Shown in pieces: positions 38,495-47,189 of a stretch of DNA of 64,000 nt. Position 1 is the first letter of the stretch; each line of letters begins with the position of its first letter. This DNA is from Promethearchaeota archaeon (GTDB lineage: Archaea > Asgardarchaeota > Thorarchaeia > Thorarchaeales > Thorarchaeaceae). Position numbers and translations under genes: made by a program. The notes beneath the pieces are model-generated. The model searched no databases, was not told the DNA's origin, and was given only the letters and a program-made list of their open reading frames with translations. The DNA is taken from NCBI GenBank assembly GCA_014728035.1, contig WJMJ01000096.1, positions 1 through 64,000 of the forward strand, given 5' to 3'.

Positions 38495-38986
38495 ATGCTC
38501 GACCCTAGTGACTCCCCTGATTCAAATCTTTTGCATGCCTGCATGTCAATGCTCGCAACGATAAACAATGGAATTGAAGACCTACTTGGACCGGCATCAA
38601 AAGGACTCATCTTCAATACTGGTGTTGAACAAGGCAAATTACTTGGACATAATCTTCCAAAATCTGATGAGTACGAGACCGCTTTAAAGACTGTAAACAC
38701 TGCATACAAAGGTGTTTGGGATGTTGCGCTTCACAAATCAGCAGATCAAGATGGTTACATCTTTGAAGACAAAATGGGAAGAGAAGCAGCAAGAATTGTT
38801 GTGAAAGACTGTCCTGTTAGAAAAGCAGTGGAATTATGCAACCTCCAACAAGAAGGACCAATCTGTTATCTTACTAATGGATATCTCTGTGGAATGTTAT
38901 CTGTTCTCACCGGAAAAACGATTGGTATGGAAATCATTAAGGCTGGACCAAAATCTTGCATGAAGCAAATTTATGTGAGGAAATAG
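38495..38986 (+). CDS. V4R-domain protein
   Basis: IFNTGVEQGKLLG...VKDCP...GPICYLTNGYLCGML...SC pattern. Confidence 0.75.
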   Translation: MLDPSDSPDSNLLHACMSMLATINNGIEDLLGPASKGLIFNTGVEQGKLLGHNLPKSDEYETALKTVNTAYKGVWDVALHKSADQDGYIFEDKMGREAARIVVKDCPVRKAVELCNLQQEGPICYLTNGYLCGMLSVLTGKTIGMEIIKAGPKSCMKQIYVRK

Positions 38987-39081
38987 ATATTCCTTTAGAA
39001 CACTATACCATTCCAATTAATTCTAAATTCAATGTATGATATATTTTCTAACATTATTGCATTGCTCTTTCCGCTAGCATT

Positions 39082-39672
39082 ATGACGGAATTGTTGAATG
39101 GAGATATGATGTATATGTACGAAGGAGATACTGTAAGTTTGAGACGTCTGGAACCTTCAGATGCAGACATATTCTTCGAATACTGGAATGATTATCAATT
39201 AAGAAAGAATTTTCCGAATCCATTCCCTCGAACATTAGAGGATATACAGGATTTTATTACTTCTAGAAATAAAAGCTTTGCAGGTCGTTGGGTATTTACA
39301 TTCGGAATCGAAGATACCACGAACGGAGCTCTTGTTGGATTCATTGATTTATCGAACATCAATTGGATTAGTCGTACTGCTATGATTGATAATATTGTTA
39401 TCTTTGACAAAGAGAAACGAGGAAAAGGATACGGCAAAGAAGCTATGTTACTGTTACTTAATTTTGCATTCAATATCATAGGACTTCACAATGTCTGTCT
39501 GTATGTTTATAGATTCAATCAACATGCAATTGAGTTCTATAAGAATTTTGGATTTCAAATCGTGGGTAATCTTAGAGAAGCCGCTTATATCGATGGAAAA
39601 CGTGATGACACTGTCATTATGGACATCATCAGATCCGAATTCATCGATAAATATGGACATCTTCCACATTGA
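39082..39672 (+). CDS. GNAT acetyltransferase (RimJ/RimL type)
   Basis: LRRLEPSD, RGKGYGKEAM, NQHAIEFYKNFGF..G.LRE. Confidence 0.9.
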   Translation: MTELLNGDMMYMYEGDTVSLRRLEPSDADIFFEYWNDYQLRKNFPNPFPRTLEDIQDFITSRNKSFAGRWVFTFGIEDTTNGALVGFIDLSNINWISRTAMIDNIVIFDKEKRGKGYGKEAMLLLLNFAFNIIGLHNVCLYVYRFNQHAIEFYKNFGFQIVGNLREAAYIDGKRDDTVIMDIIRSEFIDKYGHLPH

Positions 39673-39813
39673 ACTCTAAGACGATTCTATGGTTCTATTG
39701 GAGCCAGTTCATACCATTCTAGACTAAAAAAAACGAATATCCCAATATTCACACCCAATTGAAAAACTAGCGCATAGAAATGATTTAGAGCATTTTTCCC
39801 TAAACCTCAAGGT

Positions 39814-39877
39814 TTTTATACGAAGTGCATGCACAGTTTTATTGAGTGTGCATGCTGAAGTGCATGTACAGTTTTAT
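39814..39877 (+). promoter_or_regulatory. thermosome promoter: TATA box followed by tandem 21-bp repeats containing TGCATG palindromes (candidate operator)
   Basis: TTTTATA at 39814-39820; GAAGTGCATGCACAGTTTTAT (39822-39842) and GAAGTGCATGTACAGTTTTAT (39857-39877); third TGCATG at 39849. Confidence 0.6.
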
Positions 39878-39952
39878 CATACGATACTCAAGCTATGCCA
39901 CCGTGAAATGGTGGATAGCAAAACCTAGAAAGTAAAAATAGGGGAAACGAAA

Positions 39953-41635
39953 ATGGCACAATTATCAGGTACGCCAGTATTGATTCTTAAGGAAGGTACA
40001 TCACGTACGCGCGGCAAAAGCGCACAATCCAACAACATCATGGCTGGTATTGTCATCTCAGACGCAATCAAGTCCACCCTCGGACCACGAGGAATGGATA
40101 AGATGTTAGTCGATTCTTTGGGTGACGTTACTATAACCAATGACGGTGCAAGCATACTAAAAGAGATAGATGTACAGCACCCAGCAGCAAAGATGTTAGT
40201 TGAAGTATCAAAGAGCCAGGACCAGGAGACCGGAGACGGAACAACCACCTCCGTAGTCATCGCTGGCGAGTTGCTCAAGAGAGCACAAGAGCTCTTAGAA
40301 AAGAAGATTCACCCGACCATCATAGTAGGCGGATATCAGAAAGCATCTGAGAAAGCTTCAGAGATTTTGAAGGAGCTATCCGTATCGATGGAAGGAATGG
40401 ATAAGAAAATCCTAGAAGGAATTGCAAGCACTTCGATGAACAGCAAATCCATATCAGGTTCAAAAGATCATTTTGCAAAGATTGCTGTTGATGCAGTTCT
40501 ACAGATTGCTGAGGAAGTAGACGGCAAGACCATAGCTGACATCGACATGATTGAGATCATCAAGAAGCAGGGTAAGAGCCTCACTGAAACCGAACTCGTG
40601 AAGGGTATGGTTGTAGACAAAGAGGTTGTTCACGCTTCGATGCCACGAAAGGTTGAGGGAGCAAAGATTGCTCTGATTAACGCTGCTATCGAGGTTGAGA
40701 AAACCGAATTCGATGCAGAAATTAAGATTGACAGTCCAGAGCAAATCAAAGCATTCCTTGATGAAGAAGAACGCATGCTCAAGGCAATGGTAGACAAAAT
40801 CACCAACACTGGTGCAAATGTCCTAATTTGTCAGAAGGGTATTGACGATGTTGCCCAGCACTACCTAGCAAAGGCTGGAGTCATGGCTATTCGAAGAGCC
40901 AAGAAGAGCACTCTAGAAAAGCTAGCAAAGGCTACAGGTGCAAAGGTCGTATCCAACCTAAGCGAACTTCTTGAGTCAGCAGAGAATCCAGACGAGATTC
41001 TGGGTACTGCAGGACTTGTCGAAGAGGTACGCATTGGTGACGACAAACTTGTCTATGTCAAAGACTGTGCAGATCCCAAAGCAGTTTCAATCGTTATTCG
41101 CGGTGGAACCGAACACGTTGTTGATGAGGCAGACAGAGCTCTACACGACTCACTCTGTGTAGTCAGAAACGTTGTAGAAGACGGTACTTACGTCGCTGGT
41201 GGTGGTTCAATCGAAGCAGAGATAGCTAAGAGATTGGACGCATTCGCTGCAAGCGCAGAAGGCCGTGAACAGCTCGCAATCGAGGCATTTGCTGAGTCAC
41301 TACGAGTTGTGCCCAAGACACTAGCAGAAAATGGTGGTCATGACCCCATAGACATTATCACAGCACTCACACAAGAGCACTCCACAGAGAAAGGGCTCTG
41401 GGTTGGTGTAGATGTCTTGAAGGGTAAGGCAACCGATATGATGAAAGCTGGTGTGATCGAGCCATCACGTGTCAAATTGCAAGCAATCAGATCTGCTTCT
41501 GAAGCAGCTCAGATGATTCTACGAATAGACGATGTCATTGCAGCTAAGGCTGGCGCAGCACCACCAGGTGGCGGAATGCCCGGTGGAATGGGTGGAATGC
41601 CAGGCGGCATGGGCGGAATGCCCGGCATGATGTAA
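39953..41635 (+). CDS. ths: thermosome subunit (group II chaperonin)
   Basis: TLGPRGMDKML, ITNDGASIL, GDGTTT, GGGSIE, ILRIDDVI. Confidence 0.97.
   Translation: MAQLSGTPVLILKEGTSRTRGKSAQSNNIMAGIVISDAIKSTLGPRGMDKMLVDSLGDVTITNDGASILKEIDVQHPAAKMLVEVSKSQDQETGDGTTTSVVIAGELLKRAQELLEKKIHPTIIVGGYQKASEKASEILKELSVSMEGMDKKILEGIASTSMNSKSISGSKDHFAKIAVDAVLQIAEEVDGKTIADIDMIEIIKKQGKSLTETELVKGMVVDKEVVHASMPRKVEGAKIALINAAIEVEKTEFDAEIKIDSPEQIKAFLDEEERMLKAMVDKITNTGANVLICQKGIDDVAQHYLAKAGVMAIRRAKKSTLEKLAKATGAKVVSNLSELLESAENPDEILGTAGLVEEVRIGDDKLVYVKDCADPKAVSIVIRGGTEHVVDEADRALHDSLCVVRNVVEDGTYVAGGGSIEAEIAKRLDAFAASAEGREQLAIEAFAESLRVVPKTLAENGGHDPIDIITALTQEHSTEKGLWVGVDVLKGKATDMMKAGVIEPSRVKLQAIRSASEAAQMILRIDDVIAAKAGAAPPGGGMPGGMGGMPGGMGGMPGMM
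41567..41632 (+). repeat. GGM-type coding repeat in the chaperonin tail
   Basis: GGGMPGGMGGMPGGMGGMPGMM. Confidence 0.85.
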
Positions 41636-41650
41636 TATTAGAAAACACAA

Positions 41651-41682
41651 TGGGGCCCTCTGGGCTCCCAATTATTCTTTTT
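41651..41682 (+). terminator. stem-loop with T-tract after thermosome
   Basis: TGGGGCCC-TCT-GGGCTCCCA followed by ATTATTCTTTTT. Confidence 0.55.
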
Positions 41683-41691
41683 AGAAAGGAC

Positions 41692-42558
41692 ATGGTTCAA
41701 TTGGTAGAAAGAATTCTGCTTACTGGTATGCTCAGTTTTGAGTCAGGAAAAACCTATGTGGCAAACCAACTTGCTCAAAAATTCAGCAGAGAGGGTCTTA
41801 ACGTGGAATACTTCAAACCAATCAGCGGACATAATTTTTGGTATAGATATGAACACTCGAAAAGATGTGTAGACCAGGGGAAACTCGTTTCTAAGGATGC
41901 AACCAGAGTGAGAGCAACGATTAATTCATCCGTTCCAGTTGAAATTGCAAATCCTGTTCATAGATTGTTTGTTCCAATGATTGTACAGAAACCTGGAGAG
42001 ATTCTCCACAACACACTTGCTCTGGCTGGATGGGATTCTATCTTTGCACTACAGAGGTTTTCGACAATCGAAAAGGAGGGTGTTAGTAATGTGTATTTGG
42101 TAGCTGATTCAATCATTAACCAAAAACAGCTCATTATCAATACTGAAGAAATTCAGTCATTGATAGGTGATAATAAGATAATACCTGTGAAGAATATGGA
42201 ACAGGTGCAGGCCTTTGAAAGAGAATACTTTGAATCAACTGTGCAAACAGCATTTCAAAGGATTGAACGGGGACAAGATGTAGTGCTTATCGAATCGTTT
42301 AATGATTCAATCTGGCCTTGGGAGGGACTTGCTTCCGTAGATCAAGTATTTGTGATTGGTCCGGGACAGATGTTTAGATATCATCCTGAAAAATTCAGGA
42401 AAGCAGCCTTTCTCATGCATCGAGACCCATCACCAATTCGTTCTGTTATCTTGAATAGAATTTCAGATTTGATGAAACCAGTAGAACGAATTCAACTTCA
42501 TGGAGGGACGGGATTGACTGAAAACGATATGAGAAAGATTGTAGAGGATGTAAAATAA
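41692..42558 (+). CDS. archaeal P-loop NTPase (dethiobiotin synthetase-like)
   Basis: LLTGMLSFESGKT, YFKPISGHNFW, NPVHRL, VLIESFND. Start moved to 41692, past the terminator hairpin. Confidence 0.75.
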   Translation: MVQLVERILLTGMLSFESGKTYVANQLAQKFSREGLNVEYFKPISGHNFWYRYEHSKRCVDQGKLVSKDATRVRATINSSVPVEIANPVHRLFVPMIVQKPGEILHNTLALAGWDSIFALQRFSTIEKEGVSNVYLVADSIINQKQLIINTEEIQSLIGDNKIIPVKNMEQVQAFEREYFESTVQTAFQRIERGQDVVLIESFNDSIWPWEGLASVDQVFVIGPGQMFRYHPEKFRKAAFLMHRDPSPIRSVILNRISDLMKPVERIQLHGGTGLTENDMRKIVEDVK

Positions 42559-42603
42559 AGTACTATAAAGCAAGTAGTTACTTATTGAAATGGTGACCTG
42601 TTA

Positions 42604-43554
42604 ATGACTGAAGAAGATCTGAATTGGGAATTGATAATAGTTGGCGGTGGTCCAGCAGGAATGACTGCAGCAATATATGGTGCAAGATATGGTTTGAAGA
42701 CCCTTCTTCTTGAAGAGAAAGTGCTTGGAGGTGCTCAAGCTACGAGTCCAGGTATTGAAAACTATCCTGGGTTTACATTCATTGTTGGCATCGACTTGGC
42801 AAGTAAAATGAAAGAACAAGTTAAAAAGTGCGGAGCGAAAATTAGGGAGATTACAGAAGTAAAAAGCATCACTCGGGAAGATGATGAAGGTGACTTTATT
42901 CTTGAAACTCGAAGGGGAAACTATCGTGCTCAAGCAATAGTTTACGCAACGGGAGGTGGGCACAGGAAACTAGGAGTACCTGGTGAAGATGACTTTGAGG
43001 GAAGAGGAGTTTCTTTTTGTGCAACTTGTGATGGGCCACTATTTCGGGAAAAGAAACTGGTAATTGTTGGTGGAGGAAATACCGCAGTGACTGAGGCATT
43101 ATATCTGGAAGAACTCGCTTCGGAGGTATTCCTTGTCCACAGACGAGATGAACTACGAGCTGAACAGGCACTTCAGGACCAGATTTTCAAATCAGATATC
43201 ACCATACTTTGGGACACCATAGTAACTGAATTCAAAGGAGACAATATCCTCAATACGGTAGTTCTTCAAGATGTAAAAACCAAGGAAACTCAAGAATTAG
43301 AAGTTGAAGGAGCTTTTGTAGCGTTGGGTTCTGATCCCGCAAGCGGCCTTGTGAAGCCACTGGGAGTAGAGATGAATGAGGGTGGAGAGATTTATGTCGA
43401 TGCGCATATGGCAACGAATGTTCCAGGACTTTTTGCAGCAGGAGATGTAGTAGAGTCAATGAAACAGATTACAGTTGCGGTTGGCCATGGAGCGATTGCT
43501 GCAGATTCCGCTTATACTTACATCAGAAGAGTCCAACGAGGACCATTAGACTAA
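42604..43554 (+). CDS. trxB: thioredoxin reductase
   Basis: GGGPAG, GRGVSFCATCDG, GGGNTA, HRRD, GLFAAGD. Confidence 0.95.
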   Translation: MTEEDLNWELIIVGGGPAGMTAAIYGARYGLKTLLLEEKVLGGAQATSPGIENYPGFTFIVGIDLASKMKEQVKKCGAKIREITEVKSITREDDEGDFILETRRGNYRAQAIVYATGGGHRKLGVPGEDDFEGRGVSFCATCDGPLFREKKLVIVGGGNTAVTEALYLEELASEVFLVHRRDELRAEQALQDQIFKSDITILWDTIVTEFKGDNILNTVVLQDVKTKETQELEVEGAFVALGSDPASGLVKPLGVEMNEGGEIYVDAHMATNVPGLFAAGDVVESMKQITVAVGHGAIAADSAYTYIRRVQRGPLD

Positions 43555-43565
43555 TCACGAATATA

Positions 43566-43590
43566 GAGGCAATTGTCTTATGATTGCCTC
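43566..43590 (+). terminator. stem-loop downstream of trxB
   Basis: GAGGCAAT...ATTGCCTC inverted repeat 12 nt after the stop. Confidence 0.4.
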
Positions 43591-43774
43591 AAATTCTATT
43601 TCTATACTAAGTTTTTCTCACTCACAGTCAAACTAATAATATAATAACTAAACACAAGTTGTAAAACAGTACAATCTTTGTTAAGGGGGAAACGTTAATA
43701 ACCTCGCCACGGTCCGAGGCTCAACGCGTTACGCCAAGAGGCTAAACGACAGGATAATCAATTGGGATGTCCCT

Positions 43775-44959
43775 ATGAAAAAAGGTAAAGCTATTTGCAT
43801 TGCAATCGCATTGGCTCTAGTGACAATGACATTCATGGTTCAACCTACATCAGCAAGTTCAACCAGAAATGAAACTCTACGAGAATACATTGACAGTAGA
43901 TATGACCCAGAAGCTGGAGCTTATGGTTTTGAGGAAGGTAAAGCAACTTGGGTGTCTCCGACATATTCAGCACTAACATTGTTTGAAGCACAAGAACTTC
44001 TTGATGCAAGACCACCAATTATTGATTTGTTCAAGACCAAGAACTTCACCATGAAGGTTCAATGGGACACAGGTAACGAAGATACAGAAGATCGATATGG
44101 TGGATTTGCCAGATATCAGGCAGGTCCTGTAGACATGTTGTCTACATTCCGAGCAATCGACCTTTGGAGAATAATCACTGAACATGAACAACTAATTCCT
44201 AATATCGAAAATATTGATATCAATGGAACCGCAGTCATGGTGTTTCTGAATAAGACTCATAACGCCGATGGTGGTTTTGGTTCAGTTGTTGGAGCATCTT
44301 CTGACATGTTATCAACATACCATGCACTATACATCATGGATTATATCGCAACCAATTATGAGTTATCCATGGAAACATGGCTTGGAAACGAAACCCAGAC
44401 TTACAACTGGATTATGAGCTGTTTTGTCGGAGAAGCTTTTGTTCTCCATCCAGATGCGAGGTCAGCAGGTGTAACACCAACAGCAGCAGCATTGATGGCA
44501 CTGGATATTCTTGATAGATTGTCAGAGCTTGAAACTCAGAGTGTTCAGAATTGGCTATTAGGTAGACAGAGCTTATCTTCTAATGATACATTCATTGGTG
44601 GTTTCCAAGAGGGCGTACTAACAAATGATACGAATCTGAAAAGCACATTTTATGCTCTTCAAGCACTCACAGTTCTTGAGAGTGTATCAAACGTGAATAT
44701 TACCACAGCAAAGGATTTTGTCTTGGATTGTCAAGCTGCAGATGGCAGTTGGGGTCTAACCCCAGGAATAGAAGAAGGAGACTTCAGCTATATTACTTAT
44801 GCAGTCCAGAGCTTAGATATGCTTGAGGCTATGGATGGACTTTATGAAATAGATCCTAATAGTCCAAATTATCCCCTTATTGATTGGAGAATAGCATTGG
44901 TAATCGGAATAGTTGTAGCAGCTGTGGTTGTGGGTGCAGTATCGGTAAAAATGGATTAG
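43775..44959 (+). CDS. exported prenyltransferase/squalene-oxidase-repeat (alpha-alpha barrel) protein with C-terminal TM anchor
   Basis: Signal peptide (..PTSA|SS); repeats GGF....(D/S)MLST(F/Y)xA, HNADGGFG, CQAADGSWG; hydrophobic C-terminus. Confidence 0.8.
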   Translation: MKKGKAICIAIALALVTMTFMVQPTSASSTRNETLREYIDSRYDPEAGAYGFEEGKATWVSPTYSALTLFEAQELLDARPPIIDLFKTKNFTMKVQWDTGNEDTEDRYGGFARYQAGPVDMLSTFRAIDLWRIITEHEQLIPNIENIDINGTAVMVFLNKTHNADGGFGSVVGASSDMLSTYHALYIMDYIATNYELSMETWLGNETQTYNWIMSCFVGEAFVLHPDARSAGVTPTAAALMALDILDRLSELETQSVQNWLLGRQSLSSNDTFIGGFQEGVLTNDTNLKSTFYALQALTVLESVSNVNITTAKDFVLDCQAADGSWGLTPGIEEGDFSYITYAVQSLDMLEAMDGLYEIDPNSPNYPLIDWRIALVIGIVVAAVVVGAVSVKMD

Positions 44960-45030
44960 AATTGCAATAGGTTTATCTCCGCTTTTTTTCAATTGCACTA
45001 TGGGGGCATTTTGCCCCCTGAGGTGCTCAT

Positions 45031-46608
45031 TTGCCACAGTCACAAGATGATTTGGAAAACATACCACGATATCAGCGCGGATTCGAGTGGTTCACTCATA
45101 TAGTTCAGACAGAAATGAAAGAGCGACCATGGCGTCGTTTGGGTATTTTATCATTTTACGATAAACCATATGCTGACACAGATAGTATATACCTCTCTCC
45201 AAAGCAAGTTATCCTAGCAATGGCAAAAGAGGTTAAGAAAAAAGAAACTGGACTTCTTATTGTTGTTGACGCTCTGGAAAAAGGAGAGATGGGACTGAGT
45301 ACAAAACAAGGATTTGATCAGTTCATGGAAATATTTGATACTGTATTTCCAGATTCTGTGAAATACTACTTTGGCAATAAAGCATCCGATAGGAAATGGC
45401 TTCACGAATATGATCCATTGAAAATTCCTCTAAGTTGGCTAGTAAAACGACCAGATATCTTTGCAGACATTCTATCTGATGCATCCCCAATCGGGGAAGA
45501 TATTGGTCCTGGTGACGCGGCTTTTGAAAATATTGAGGGAATGATAGAAGTTCTTCTAGAAAAACTTGGCCCTCCATCATTAACTGAGGAAGTAATGGGA
45601 AAAATCAAGAGTACAGAAGCGAGTGATTATGCCGGAGAAGCTGTTGGACTCATGACAGTCTTTGTTAGTCCAACAACAGCGGTTTCAAGGGGAGTAAAAT
45701 ATCTTGGAAAATTCATGAGCTTGGTTAAAGATAGAAGAAAAGCAGAAGTAAAGAAAGTATATGAAGAATGGGAGAGTCGAGTCGAAAAAGGGTATTCTAA
45801 AGAAAATCTACTGAAATTCTTCGAGCTTGATGATAAGTACGATGCAGGGTTAGATGAGGCTTTAGCTGATTATAAGACGGTTCTATTAGTTGTAGAAACA
45901 CGAAATTCACTCTATGACTTGTTTTTGCCTTTGGTTCTTCAGCATCTAGTCGAAGAAATAGGATATCTACCTCCAGAGGACCGACCGAAAAGAGAACCAG
46001 GAACTGAAGAAGAAAGTACTAGTGCAGAAACTGAAGAATGGGATACTGATGCACTGACGTATAGTGATATAGAAGAAGTTGATTCTGAACAATTATCGGA
46101 TTTAGATGATGCTCAACTGCCAAAAGTAGATATAGAATTTGAAATCAAGTCGGATATTGATATCACTGATGCGGATTTCGAAGGAAAACCTGAAACGATT
46201 CTATTCCTTGATGCAGCAACACATTTGTCAAAATTTGATAGGTCATTCAAATTTGCACTCGGACTTCCAGATAAATATCCAAATCTTTCAGTTTCTGCAA
46301 GTTTCTACACAGACAAGGAGAAAATTATTGATTCTCTGGAGGAAGGAGTATTAGAATATATGAAAGATAGAGCACTAGTGTTTGACCTTCACCCTGATAT
46401 TTTCGATGATGTTACTGCACGAATGCCAATCACCAGAAAAGCTTGGTTGATGGCACAGCTTCAAGAGATGGAACAACTTAGGTCAGAAGGCGATCTGGCT
46501 GTACTTGAATACTATCCAAGCGAAGATCCTAAATGGAGCTTACGAAAGGTAGCCAAGCCAGAGAGCAAAGTAGTGCGAGAGATTAGATCTTGGTTTAGGA
46601 GAGGATAA
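45031..46608 (+). CDS. hypothetical protein, possibly a degenerate P-loop NTPase fold with an acidic insert
   Basis: 525 aa, GAGGTG SD with TTG start. LLIVVD and ILFLDAATHL are Walker-B-like strands; no Walker A. Confidence 0.55.
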   Translation: MPQSQDDLENIPRYQRGFEWFTHIVQTEMKERPWRRLGILSFYDKPYADTDSIYLSPKQVILAMAKEVKKKETGLLIVVDALEKGEMGLSTKQGFDQFMEIFDTVFPDSVKYYFGNKASDRKWLHEYDPLKIPLSWLVKRPDIFADILSDASPIGEDIGPGDAAFENIEGMIEVLLEKLGPPSLTEEVMGKIKSTEASDYAGEAVGLMTVFVSPTTAVSRGVKYLGKFMSLVKDRRKAEVKKVYEEWESRVEKGYSKENLLKFFELDDKYDAGLDEALADYKTVLLVVETRNSLYDLFLPLVLQHLVEEIGYLPPEDRPKREPGTEEESTSAETEEWDTDALTYSDIEEVDSEQLSDLDDAQLPKVDIEFEIKSDIDITDADFEGKPETILFLDAATHLSKFDRSFKFALGLPDKYPNLSVSASFYTDKEKIIDSLEEGVLEYMKDRALVFDLHPDIFDDVTARMPITRKAWLMAQLQEMEQLRSEGDLAVLEYYPSEDPKWSLRKVAKPESKVVREIRSWFRRG

Positions 46609-46707
46609 CATTATGATAAGTAACAATAAAAGAGAGGAATGCGACCATCCCACAAGAAATATAATCTAATTTCTCTCAATCAGACCTAGTTCGGAGGCAT
46701 TATTGAT

Positions 46708-47124
46708 TTGAGCAAGAAAGATATGACTCAGGCAAGAGTTCTAAAAATAACCAAAGGAAACGAAGTTACATTACCCGCAGATTTTGTAGAGGGTATTGGT
46801 ACATCTTATGGCCTTGCAATTCTTATTATGAAAGATAAGAGCGTAAAGCTTTACCCAGTTGATGAATCAGAGGTATATTACCTCAAACTGGAAATTGAAA
46901 AGCTAAGTAAAAGTTTCCTTGAGGAATTAACCAACATCTTCGAAGGAGCGGGATTAGAAGATGTGCTATTTACAAGTGGTATTTGTCAGGCAGAAAATCA
47001 GTGTTACTACGAGTGTTATTTCACTCCTCAACAGCTTCGAATTTCACGAGAAGAAATGGAACAAGGACTGAAAGGAATTACAGGTGTACAAAAAGTAATC
47101 TTGAATGACGTTCCCGTTTCATAA
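46708..47124 (+). CDS. putative regulator: AbrB/SpoVT-like N-terminus with ACT-like C-terminus
   Basis: KITKGNEVTLPADF (AbrB-like); LKLEIEKLSKSFLEELTNIF...LKGITGVQKV (ACT-like). GGAGG SD. Confidence 0.55.
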   Translation: MSKKDMTQARVLKITKGNEVTLPADFVEGIGTSYGLAILIMKDKSVKLYPVDESEVYYLKLEIEKLSKSFLEELTNIFEGAGLEDVLFTSGICQAENQCYYECYFTPQQLRISREEMEQGLKGITGVQKVILNDVPVS

Positions 47125-47189
47125 CCATCTTGTCAAATCATGCATTAGCAAATGAACCAAAGGAATACTGTACCATTTCCTAGGTTTCC

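Noticed and set aside
39822-39877. Direct repeats considered as a mini-CRISPR
   Set aside because: Only two 21-bp units with a 14-bp spacer and no cas genes; the position on a promoter favours an operator.
43702-43760. GC-rich patch with a short CCTCG/CGAGG stem upstream of the prenyltransferase-like gene
   Set aside because: Only a 5-bp stem; not enough to call an RNA element.
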